In this document: piece by piece, positions 24,595 to 37,400 of the stretch
How positions within the stretch are numbered: the stretch's first letter is position 1
Layout: every line of letters starts with the position of its first letter
From: Tubiluchus corallicola
Taxonomy: Eukaryota; Animalia; Priapulida
NCBI GenBank assembly: GCA_030141605.1
Contig: JAQGDQ010000003.1
Coordinates: forward strand, 2,356,001 to 2,420,000
Length of the DNA: 64,000 nt
Direction: 5' to 3'
Position numbers and translations under genes: made by a program
Notes under the pieces: generated by a model
Databases searched by the model: none
The model's input: only the letters and a program-made list of their open reading frames with translations
Told to the model about the DNA's origin: nothing

Positions 24595-25213
24595 AACCTC
24601 TAAGAATTAACACATTGTTTATTAGCGCAGATGATCATTTCGACAGCAACTGTCATTTTAATTGCTATAAATAAAGCCAGAGCAAATAGTTAGTGCAATT
24701 ATAACACTACTAACCATAATCAAAGCATAAAATAAATTATATCACTACACAATCACAAGAGTGAAATTCAAATTGTCAAAATACAATTAGAAATAACTAG
24801 GGAAGAGGTTCTCATGTAAAGAAAACATAAAAAAGTACCTTTTATATCAGGTTTAGGCAAAGATCACAACAAGCAAACAATTAGTTTAGTACCAAGCAAG
24901 GTCTGCATACTGGGAAAACGAACCACTTGTAAGTGTGAGAAGAAATACATATTTTACACAATTTTGCATTTTCCACAATAATGAGAGGGAACACAATATG
25001 AGAAATCTAAAACAGATTTTTAAGTTATTCCTACTTGTATTTTGACAATATGAATTTCACTCTTGTGATTGCGTAGTGATATAATTTACTTGGTTAGTAG
25101 TGTCATAATTGTACTAATCATTTGTTCTGACTTTATTTATAGTATGGAAAATGACAGTTGTTGTCGAAACAGTCGTCTGTGCTAATAAACAACATGTTAC
25201 TTCTTTAGAAGTT
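24595..25213. repeat. Long inverted repeat / foldback element starting 140 bp after the RPAP3 stop codon
   Basis: 24595-24800 (tgtttattagcgcagatga...atatcactacacaatcacaagagtgaaattcaaattgtcaaaatacaa) pairs with 25022-25213 (ttgtattttgacaatatgaatttcactcttgtgattgcgtagtgatat...gtctgtgctaataaaca). Confidence 0.9.
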
Positions 25214-25399
25214 TTTAAATGTTGAGGGTAAATTGTGTAGTCACTGATTTTGAGTTTGTATTATATTAAATAATGAGAAGTGAGTTGAAGATTTCCAAAT
25301 TAGGTATTATTTAGAAGTTTGATAACTTGGCAAAGCAGAAGCAACAAGATTGAATGAATTCAGACCTTGATTTATGAAAGCATAATGCCGTAATCAGGG

Positions 25400-26000
25400 T
25401 TACACCTGGTGTCCTGTATTCTTGCCCCTTTGGCAAAGGTCACCATTCACCACATTACTTTCAAGGCCCTTGCCCCATGTGTCAAAGTTGCGAGTTTCAT
25501 GTGTTAGTCCTTTGCGTTTGGAGATTAACATGAATTAAGTCAATGTCCTAATTTTCTAATGTTGACTCCTGTCTCGGGACCTTAAGTGATTCCAGTTTTA
25601 CCATAGTCTGAGCCCCTATCCCAGCTATCTTCCTTACAAGTTTTGTGACTTTACATGCTACTTTTTTGGAGTTATTCAATGTTACACATTTTGGCTCCTA
25701 TCACGGGCCCTTAAAGACCCCAGCTTTTTAAAAACCCAGGTATACGTCTACTTCACATTACCTAAATACTTATGAACAATAATTTAACTAAAAGCCTTAG
25801 GAAGAGTTGAATGGCAATCGAAAACTCGCCGATGTCCAGTGTCCAGTGACACTTCAGCTAAGGTCAATTTTCACTAGACCACTTTCAAGGCCACCTATTG
25901 CAGGCATCTACCCTGTAAATTTCGTGACTCTAGCCTCCCCCCCCCCACAATTTGTGGGTTAAAAGAATTAAAAGGTGGAAAACTTGATGCCTAACGTAAT
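25400..26000. repeat. Diverged internal sub-repeats, possibly a Helentron/HINE-like repeat remnant
   Basis: Related motifs gagtttcatgtgttagtcctttgcgtttggag (~25490), caagttttgtgactttacatgctactttttt (~25637) and aaatttcgtgactctagcctcc (~25917). Confidence 0.35.
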
Positions 26001-29000
26001 AAAGTCTTGATGAAAAATCAGTGTATAGGTTCCCTTAGATCCGGGACTCCACCACTCATGGTTGTTAGACTTGTATTTAAAGTGCTAGTGTTTTTCCTTC
26101 ACAATGAAGGTGACCCCTTGAGAAGATTATTTAACTAAGAAATTCCTTCTTTCCTTAATCAGTTTGAATGACTCTAGCTATTTTGTTGCATACAGAGAAC
26201 CTATTTAGTTCAGATAGTCATGTTAGGGTATTACAGCAATGTGTGTAATGCATTGTTATGTATGTTGTGCTTGTATTTTGCTTTGGTGTTATACTGTTTA
26301 AAGAATAATTATTGCTGTTGAACTAAGAATACAAAGTTGATAAAATATGTGCATTGTTAAAACTCCTGGATTGTTTAATTTCATTGTCTTTATTAACTGT
26401 TCAGCTAGATACAAAGGATTATAACATTACCTGCCAGAGAGGTAATAATAATAGACACATAACTGAAATATACACAAAACTCTCCCGGAAATTGACGACT
26501 TGTGCTTGGATAAGCTTTCCTTATTTCAACAGGACCTGCTATAATAATTTTAAATTCAATTGACACTCTATGTGCATAAATGAGCTCAAATTTTGTATTT
26601 GTGAAATATAATCATATAATGACATAACTTATTATTATTATTCGATTATTGCTTATTTTTGGCGTGTAATTTATGTAGCAATTTCAAAATTTTTCTGTTT
26701 TGTTTTGCTACTAAATACCTGTTTGTAAAAATTAATGTGGCATTTTCTTATGGGGGATATGGGAAGGTTGTGCAAGTCTAGTTGGCCATTCGTTTAGGAC
26801 GCAAAATGGTTTGGCATTGACTCAGTTAACTACATAAAACTACAAATTATACATGCTTCAGCTTCACGATGTTCTTCAACTACATACATTTGCAACAGCA
26901 TTCGATCAGCAGAATTTGGTTGTGATTTTTATGCACAATTTTTAAACAAATATTAGTGTTTACATTGCAGAACAAAATCAAGTAATATGTATGAACTCTG
27001 CGATGCTGCTTTTTGTTAATGACTAAAATTTATTAGAAACCCTTTAAAACTGAATTCGGATTCGAGCTCTTGACATTCGGTTTTGATTCGAGTTTGAGTC
27101 AAAAATTCTATTTATAAATTCGCTTTCCGATAGTGTTTAACTCACATTGTAGCTAAATCCATCACTTTGCACTTATTTGACTTTAATTTTGGTAGTCTTG
27201 TGTGTGTGAGGAACCAAAAACGGGGCTATATCGTCCACGCTGTAAGCTGTACAACTTTTTGTGGCACTTGCACTTTAGTTATATTCACTATAACGATATA
27301 ATACATTATATGCACTATACATATATGCACATTGAGCAAAAACATAATTATGGACACCAGTAGCGAAGGATACTGCTATCATTATGTAGAGAACTTGGTG
27401 TGTGTAGCTAGTTTCTCATGACTACAGTCTAAATTTCGTTTTTCAATAGCAGTGACATACATTTAAATGATCCTTTTTTAATCCAAACTGATTAACTGTT
27501 ACTAATTCCATGGTCCTTTGAAGCAAACTATTCCACAGATCAATTATACTATGGGCTAAAAAGTATTTTCATAAGTCCAACTTGGCTCTCATCTTGTACA
27601 GTTTTAAAATAATAGCAGTTGCAATTAATAATGTTGATTCAACACGTCTTGCATTGTTTTTATTACACATTTTTCTATTCATATGTCACTCAATAAATAC
27701 TTTATCAATATTTTTACATAATACGAGCTGATAAGCGCCATACAAATTAATTAAATAGGAAACTAAACATCTGTAACAGTGATAAGTGATAACTGATGAA
27801 CTTGTAAAATTGCATTTTCATTATTGAAATAAATTTCAGCTGAACTAAAAAAGAAGCCAAAGACTAAGTATAAGAACTCCGGTATTGACATTTATGTAGT
27901 TAAAACAGTTGTAATTTGCTTACTCGGTACTTTTTGCAAGCGTAGAGAAAATTTTGATGTGATTATTGTGATATTATTGTCATATTGTAGTAGGTAATTA
28001 GTTTATTTGTGTAGGAATAAGTTTTAACATTTCGCTTGCATTAGCATATTTTCAATTACTACTATTATTACAATTCAATTACGCCACATTTTCAATTAAA
28101 TATTATTCTGAAGCTTGGTCACTACACTGGGTTGGGTCGTTCCCATTGTTGTGTTTGAAATAGGCTTGTCACCTCTAAATTGGAAAATAGCTATAGCTCG
28201 TATTTTTATCATCCTTGTAGTATTATAGTACCTATGCATGAGGTCTTATTTCTTTCTCATTGGTCTGCAGTTCAAAATGAGCTGTGCTTATTTTCTTTGG
28301 CCTCGATTTGTGTTTACATGGGAGATACACCTGGATTAGGACAAGAAAACAGCTTACAGAAACGACTAAAAACATTGAGAAAGTTGACTACTTGACCTTG
28401 AGTGGAGCACTTCAACCCAAAGATGAGCGGAGTCTGGTATTTTTTACTCTGCGGATTTCCGCATCTATATAATTTAACCTTTGTATTAGATCCATACGAC
28501 ACCACATAAATTCATCTCTGCAAAAAAATCTGCAGATTTTGACTCCTTTACCTTTGTTGCAGTAACATCGGCATTTTGCTACTCTTTTGTTTAAAGGCAG
28601 ATTCAGTTGGGCAAACCGTCACAAACCACGGATAGCCAGTGTATACGGGTTTGACTGAAACACTGATTTGCTAGCGTAACATTTGCTTAATCTTTTGATT
28701 ATCTGATTTAAGATTTATTGTCAAAATGGTAGTCATTGTCATCACCATTTTCATCATCGTTATGTCTCAAACCCTTTTGTAACTAGTGTGATCAAAATGC
28801 AGTCGCCAAAAAACTGCACTCGATGATAATTCATCATGTAGAACATGTAGTAAGGAATCACAGGTGGTTGGAAGTTAAGTGTGTGTTTCCTTGGTGGATA
28901 GATAATAAGTGGGTGAATTTTGTTAACAGGTGAAAAAATAAACAAATGCTATTTATTCTAATTCACAACACACTTGGAATCGGAAAACTGTGTAAATGCT

Positions 29001-29044
29001 AAGCCTGCCACCAATACTATTTTATTTTTTTTTTGAAAAAAGGA

Positions 29045-29980
29045 AAATAAGGCACTGTTAGGCACAAGATAGAGAGGTGATAAGAAAAATGGCACAAATA
29101 GAAAAGTAGCCAAAAGTGGCACAGGAAAAATGGTGCACTTTGTAAAATGTGTGTCTAGGGTTAAAGTTTAAGTGAGAGGGAACTGTTTTAGTTATTTTTA
29201 TATCTGCCAAGGAAGTTACGCTTCAACACAGTTTGTTTGGTTGTCTTTGCCTGTTATACAAAAACTACCTAAGAGATTTCCAAGAAACTTTGTGAAGAAA
29301 GGCATGTATAGGGTTCCAAAATGGGAATCTTTTTTCCGTTTTTTTTGCAAAACTTGACCGAACCCCACATACAAAAAAACTTTCATGAAGCACTTTGTGG
29401 CAGTCTCAAAGGGAGTGTTTAGCACTTCTTTTTTGTTATCTCCACCTACGGGTTAATTCCAGTTCCATTTCGAGAAATTCTCGCTTGGATAACTGTGTAA
29501 TCCTGTCTATAAGCTTTGCTTATTAATATAAATAGCCTTATAAGGTGACTTGGTATGTAAATATGTATATATTTGTCACTTTATTTTATTGCCAAAATTA
29601 AGGGTTAAAAGGGTAGATAAACACTGTGTAGAATATTCAGGCATTATTAATTATAAATCAATTTAATGAATAAATATTTTGTGAGTCTTTTGCTAGTTTA
29701 TATAATACCGATACAGGTACAGTTTTGTATGTTTGCTTGTTTATCTTTGCGTTAAATTTTTTTAATCAAAAGAGTCAGACGAATAAGTTTAGGATTGTTT
29801 GTCTTTAGCAGAGATCTGCTTCCTACTGAGCACATTCTAGTTTTCTTATAGCAGTCAATTGGATCAAAAATAACACGTGCCATTTCTCCTGTACCATTTT
29901 TCCCACTTTTCCATTTGTGCGATTTCTTCTTATACCGTTTTTACCTGTGCCATTTATCCCGTGCCATTTTTATCGGGCCA
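29045..29980. mobile_element. MITE-like element with inverted arrays of subterminal ggcac/gtgcc repeats
   Basis: aaaaatggcacaaatagaaaagtagccaaaagtggcacaggaaaaatggtgcac (29085-29138) mirrors cacgtgccatttctcctgtaccatttttcccactttccatttgtgcgatttc (29874-29926). Confidence 0.6.
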
Positions 29981-30504
29981 ACAGACTAAGAAGCACTAAC
30001 TACTTATTAGTAGTAGTACTGGGACACCAGAATAGCACAAAATATTTTTCTTAAATCGTTCTAACGTTATTAGCAGATACACCCCACTAGAAGCATCACA
30101 CTCACGGATGGCCGTACATACTGTGTGCCACGAAAACATTATTTATGCTATTACAAATACATTTTAAAAAATACTGGTAACAATTACGCGATGCAGGTAT
30201 GTTTAACAAAATCTGAATAAAAATGTGTTATCATGACAAGTAACTCGATAAGCTACTCATTTTTCTTCATAATGCCTAAAAAACCTAAACTATGGGCTTC
30301 CGTTGTTTTTCAAATATTATATTCTTTTAAGGTTCGGAGTTGGGACCGGATGAAAGGTTCAGGAACAGGGTTCACAGTAGGACTGAATGTTTATTTATCC
30401 AGGTTCAGACATCGGCATCATAGCATCCTTGATCCCGAACACCCTTTTTATCAATTCTAAGACGGGCATTTCATTATTGGGATAAGGACCTCTTCCTATC
30501 ACTT

Positions 30505-30700
30505 TTCAAAACATACGTTAGGCTTAATATGGAGTACTCAGTTCAAGCTTGTTCACCAGCACTGTAAAAAGAAGTATGAAAAAAAACCATTAGTCCAATG
30601 TCTGGGATGGAAGAAATTCCATGTAAAGAAGCCCCAGGAAAACTTGATTTATATACGATGGAATCTAGGCGAATGAGAGAAGACCTTATTGGAGTTTCCA
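30505..30700 (+). mobile_element. Short CR1-like LINE remnant
   Basis: Reads TYVRLNMEYSVQACSP and LYTMESRRMREDLIGV, degenerate versions of CR1 YVRPHLEY..WSP and L..RR.R.DLI motifs. Confidence 0.55.
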
Positions 30701-31430
30701 TTTTGTAAACAGAATTAATATCATGTTGATATATTATAGGTTAGCATTAATCTACTTGACCAGTTAATGGTCTTGATGTGATGGTCATTCCATACCAGTT
30801 TAGCTGTTTTGAGCTTTTGAAATTAAAGGTTGAAGATCGAAAATCTGATTGATGGTCAACAATACATTCTCTTACTCATTAAAAAACTGGGGGACTTTGG
30901 GACATTTATAGCATTTTCATCACTACTTTTACGGAAGATATGCTGTATGGATTATAGATATGACATATATGAACATTTATGTCTGAATAATCATTTTGCT
31001 ACTGTTTTTTATATGTTAACCCTGAACATTCCTAAATGCAGAACAGCTGCTTATAAATCGCCTTTTTTCTCAGACTTCTAGATCAATAGAGTTCTTTATC
31101 AGCAAATTGTTTTCCTCGTAATTATTTTCTCTTGTCACTAGTAAAATAGTATTGAAATTACTGGATCTCATTTATATTTGCCTTTATAAGTTAACTAGTT
31201 TAGCTCCTTATGTTGAGTGGCCACCAGATCTGTTTGCTTTAATTTGTGCAAAAACTATTGTAAATACTGCAGTCCTGCAAGTTTCATTTACTGAGCAAGG
31301 AAGCATTAATTGACGACTTTGTTGGCAGCTGTTACTACCCTCTCTTACTGCCTGTGCTGCAACTGTGAAACACATATAATGAATTTTATTGCCATGAATC
31401 ACTGAGTTTTGGTCATGTAATGAATTCGGT

Positions 31431-34400
31431 ATGGACATCAGATCGCTGATTGAAAGAAAACTTCTAGCTGGAGATAAATGCATTGCTATATCCTTATTCA
31501 TTTCTTTTTACATGATTTTTTATATTGCTAGCATGATTCCTGATACCTGAATACCCCACCATGACTCACAGGGACTATAGATATCTTCAAGTTCTGCAAG
31601 TTACCTAGAATTTGCATTTTTTAACATTGTGTTTAGTGACTTCTACACTTCGTGCTTTAGCTTTGTGCATATGACTGTTTTAGTATAGTGCACATAACTT
31701 GTATTTATATGAGGACAAGTTTTCAAATTTAATATTCAAATTAAATCGATTATGTATTGAGAATTTATTTAGAATTTTCTGTATGACTTTTGCTGTTCAT
31801 GAATGATCAGAAGAAATTGTTTAGTACTAAATTAGTTCTCATAAAGAAAGTCTTTGGCTTTACTAGTTGGGTAATTCAGGTAATGAAATTAATAAAGTTA
31901 ATTTAACTTGAGAACAGTTGCACTAGCCAAATTTGCCCATTTTTCAGTTGCATAAGCCAAATTGATCCATTTTTCATTTTTCTAAACAAAACAAACACAC
32001 CATTATTATACTCTACCATGTTAGCGATGACTGGTTTGGTTTGATTAGAAAAATTCGAAAATTTGGTTAGTGCAACTGTTTTCAAGTTAAGTTAATTTTA
32101 TTTTAATTTATTCGAAATTTTGCAATTTTCATTTGATTTTTTCCATATTACAACTTCTGTAACCATTTTCTGATAGAATAATAACTAGAACAGGTTACTT
32201 TTGTAATTTTGGAGCTTTGTTTTTTGATCCGTCTTAAAAGCCTGATGGAGTCCAAATTTAGAAATTTGCTTAATGAAGTGTAGAATTTTAATTTAATAAA
32301 GAAAAGCTGTAATTTAATAAAGGGAAGCTTAACTGTTATCCATGAATCTTTATCATATTTATAAAAGTAGTTTTGTTACTAGTAACTCCTTATTTTTGCC
32401 AAGAATGTGTTTTAAACCTGCATCTGTTTGATATATTCAGCTGCTTTTTATTACATTTTCCATTTTGGAAAAAAAGATAATTAAATTAAGCGTGAAACCT
32501 TTATTTTTGTAATTACAATGCAAACCATAAATCTGAGCTATTATATTTTTGCAAATTTATATGCAAAATAATACTGTGTATTCATGAAAATGTGGATGGG
32601 TAGCGATTTTTGTAGATTCACAGAAATGCTACCTTACTTGCCAAATACTCATGGTTCTACTTCACTGCTGTGCCATGTAGCTAATTAAATTTCAAAGTTT
32701 TTATATTTTGACTTAAGGTCTAATACTTCCTTAGATGTATGCAATCTGGCACTTACAACTGGTAATGCATTATATAGCTAGTCTTCGGGACTTAATAGAA
32801 CCTTGCATGAAAGTGTAGCTCATTTCTTGACCTATCAGTCTGCACTGTAATAGGTGATGGTTTTTTATGCATGCTGCTTGTTTGTTTATTTTTCATGTAG
32901 CAATTTCCTTGACTGTTATTACTGTGTTGAAGCAAACTGTACGGAATCTTCCCAAAGAGTACATCGACTGTTGGCCATATTGGAACGTGATGGTGAATTT
33001 GGGTAAGTGAGAAATTTTTCCATGCACATTTATTGTAATGATAGAACTTTAAACGTGTCTGAAACATTGTCTGATTGGTAATTTGAGCCAATGCTTGTTC
33101 TTAGATGTATATAATATATATTCTGCATGCTGGTTCCTGTAGTATTTACTAATATTTAATAATGCTTTTTATCCGTCAAACTGAGATGTATTTCTTATTT
33201 ATACTGAATTGGCATTTGCATGTTAACAGCCTGCTATTCACATTTTGTTTTCATTTTACTTTACATTGGTTTTAGCCCATATTGAGCAAAAATATTCCTT
33301 CAAAAGTTATAACTTACTACAGATTCCAACAGAAGCCTGGCTCGTATTTGGTAAACTCAACAATTATTAATTAACATAACACAAGACACACTTCTGAGTG
33401 TTGGTTGTTGTTCTCATGATGCAATTTTATATTTCAGGTTGTTTATTTACATTCCTGAATGTTCTGAATTGAGAAGTGATGACATCACATTAGAAAGTGC
33501 TATAGCAATTGATGGCCACTTCACCTGTGATGTTAGTAAGTCTGTAATATCTGCTATTGTATTGTACATTACTGTACTGTTTGTTTACCTTCTATTTACA
33601 CAATGGTCAGTCAACATCATGAACGAAGTTACAGTGCTTTATCAAAGACCACTTCTGTTAAGCATTAGCTAATTGAATTTCAAATAATAAGAACTAATGG
33701 CAATTTTACACTTTGTTTCTAACACATTTGCTGTGACTTCACTTATCAAGATACTCAAATGTTTGGAGGAGCTTACCTTTGGTTTCTGAATAGTGTTCTT
33801 TGTGCAATTTGTAGCCAAGGGCTTGAATTCAGATTATGGCTGTTCAAGAATCATGTTTCTCAGGTGTGTGTTTCATATTTCAAACAATTTCTGTTTATTA
33901 TTTTTTGAATGCCTAAAAGCTGAGAATTATGTCATTCATAAATCCTATAAGGAGCTCTATATCAAGAAAACTGTATTATCCTCGGTACTGCCTCTCTCTC
34001 CATCTCAAAGAAAACATCAAAAAGTGAAGATTTTGTAAACTAATTCAAGCATACCTAAAATAGTTTCATAGTTAAAGAAGTTAAAATATGCAGTTAAGAA
34101 TGAATAAAAACTTGTGTGAAGTTAATTTTGTAATTTTTGCTATTTGTTGCTTAGTTTATTATTGTTTTTACAGGCAAATCTTTTGGTATTGAAGAAAGTG
34201 ATATTGATCTTCTCTTTGCTGCTCCAGACAAGCAGCTGAGGTTTCAGTTGACACTTGGACCTGCTTGCAATACATTTGTTAGTGAGATCTACAGAGTAGT
34301 TGAATGTATGCTTTATGAGAATATTAATAAACTGTTTTCAGTTAAACTTTTCGCTCAGCTTTACTCTCTTTTATTGTTTGTGTAAATATTGAAACATAGT

Positions 34401-37400
34401 GATTCACTCCTTCATAAAACTTATTTTGTTCACACTTATGCTAAAAAGGGTCCATTACATTTACATTTTGAAATTTACTGTATCTTATAAGCAACAACTT
34501 AAGGAAAACCACTTCAGTAGTTTTCTTATAGTACAATGTAAAAGCTATTGAAACAGTTTTTTCTTTAATTTGTTCTTCATGATATCAATTACGGTGTGGC
34601 CATAGAACTTAAAGACTCTCTGTATATTATTCTTTTTATAGAAAAACTTATGTGTTAGTACATGTGTTTAGCCTTTTCTGTAACTGCTAATCAGTGTTAT
34701 AATTGCCAATTTTACAATTTTGTTGATTTACTATGAATTTCAGTCAGTAACATTCACTAATATATCCCACACTTCATGTAATAAAATGCAACTGAAATGA
34801 TGGCATATTTTATTAACATGAAGTTGTACCCGAATGCAAACAGTAGTACCGTGAGTTCTGATTTAGTCATTTGTAATTACAACATTGTATGTTTTTAAAA
34901 TGTTAAATTTGTTATTTACTTGCAGTGTGTCAGCATCAAAGCCTAGATTTCCCACCAGATCATAGATGGATAAATGATTATAAACTGACTAAGGCTTTTC
35001 ATTTTGCATCAGAAAGTCCTATGTCAAAGATGACTCAACCAGCAGGTCTAACAGTGGATGATTTGTTGCAGTTTGAGAGTATACAAACTGCTGATAATAA
35101 AGCTAGCTCTTCTGTTCAAAGTGATTATGGTACAGTATATTTATGCAACATCTTATTTAATAGATACAGAATTTTAATAAATTTTATATTCTTGCAGTAC
35201 AGTAAGTCCTTGCTTAACAACGCTATAGCAAAACGTGTCATTAAGGGAAATGTCGTTATGCGAGACAATGCTTTCCATAGAAAACAACGTAAAAGCATTC
35301 AGTTGTGTTCTTCAACCAAAGATCAACAATGTTTGGCCTACGTATGAGCGTTCACGCTAAGTTGTCATGCAGGACAAAAATCAATCATCTCTGGCTATGT
35401 AAAACTCTTGGTGCCTTGCCAGGCAAAAATTAATAATGCTTGCTCATAAATCAAATATTTTCTGACAATTTTTAACTAAAAGCAAAAGAGAAGTAAGGTT
35501 TGCAGTGAAAATTCAAATTTGAAACATAGACTCTTTCTTGCATAAGCGTATCTCTTTTGATTGATCCCCTTGTGCCACTTCTTTCTCTTTCTTCTATGCT
35601 GCTTTTTGCAAATACCATATTTTTAAAAGCTTTATGCAGATGTTTAACACTAGCCATTTCTGTTTAACACTCCTGAAAATACTTCTAGTATTGTTCTTCC
35701 GACAACGTAAATGCAAATGAGGCGAATGCAGCAATAATGAACCCAGTAATGTAATACTGGCAGAGATTTTTATCAGAGAAATTTCATCTTTACGCATGTG
35801 GGAAGGTGCTATACCAATTAATGAGTGGTCAGCAATGAATCATCACTGCAGGCCTCTGACTTCTTAGTAGGGCAAGTTATAACCGTGTTTTCTGTTAATA
35901 GAATGTGCAGTAAAAAAAAACTCTCAGCACTTGCAGGCCGAAAAAATTGTCGTTAAATAGAAACATACGTCATTCAGTGAGCAAAAGATGTCAAAAATCA
36001 GCATCGTTAAAACAAAACATCGATAAATGGGGAGTCGTTAAGCGAGGAGTTACCGTGTATGTTTTTTTGCTATTAAGTTGTTAACGTGCAAACAGTTATT
36101 TAACTAGGGACAGTTTACAATGTCCTACCCAATTTAAATATCCCAACTCTAATTGTAATCCTATTCCTAAACCTAGCCTTAAGCTGCTTCACAAACTAAT
36201 TTCTGGGTTTTGGGATAATATAAACGCTAGCCATTTAATTTATGGCACTTGTTTGCTTTTTAAACATTATTTGTGTTTTGTTTAGATAAATTAGAAAGCG
36301 GCAAAACTAACGATAATATCGTAGGTTTTGAAGACAACTTTACTGAAAATGTTAAACTACCAACCGATTCTCACAAGACAGAAACTAAAAAGAAAGAGGA
36401 CAACAAACTGCTGTCTCCTACACATGCTCAGTAAGATTGTTTAGAACATTAGTTATATTACTACATTATGTTAGAACACTTGCTTATTATATACATTATT
36501 TATTCACAAGTTGATTTTCTTAAAAAATATTAAATTTAAAGCTCCACTATCTAATACCGAGCGATGCTCTGATGCTGAGCATGCCTAGGTTAACACATGG
36601 ACACAGGTTCATTAAGTATTATGGTTGTTTGAATTACGAAAAAACGTATTACATTTTGTGTATTGTTTTTCTTGCTTATCTCTAAGCTAGCTTTGTTATG
36701 CTGTTTAGGCTGCTTGAAACATTAAACAACATAAGTTGATATTAAAGAGAACTGTCTTTAAAGCAGCTGTTTTAAGAGAATGGTTTTAATGTTAAAAATC
36801 ATTAAGTTAAGTGTGTATTCCTGAAACAAGATTAATGAAAGTGTGTGGTGTTTATGTGGTATTTTCAAAAGAGACCCTCAGAGTTGCATTTTTTATATTA
36901 GAAAACCCATAGATAGGGATGTCTGGCCTCTCATGCATCGTTCATCATTTGATTTGCTGGGAGAAGAAATTAGCAGCCGTGATGGAATCATTAAACGAAC
37001 CATGGAAACAAAGGAGTCTGAATATACAGACATTCAAACATTCCGGTAAGTTGCTTATTACTTTGCTTCAAAATTTGACAAAAAATTTTGCTTGGTTTAA
37101 TTACAGGTCCATTTACGTCTTTTATTTAATATGATTTCATGAAGCGTGTATACATTTCTGATGTCTTTTTTATGTTTTTTCCTAAAAATAACTCGTTAAC
37201 CATGTCACAAAGCTGTCACTCATAAAAACATAAAATAAAAAATGACAGAATCACATATATTTTCTCGAGTGGACAAAGAATGGAATAGTTACATTGTTTC
37301 ATAAACATTCATATGTTTACATCACTTAATTATTAGTTTAGGTTCATAATTGTGATTCCGTAAGCATAATCTTCTATAATAATCTCCTTTCAAAGTACAC

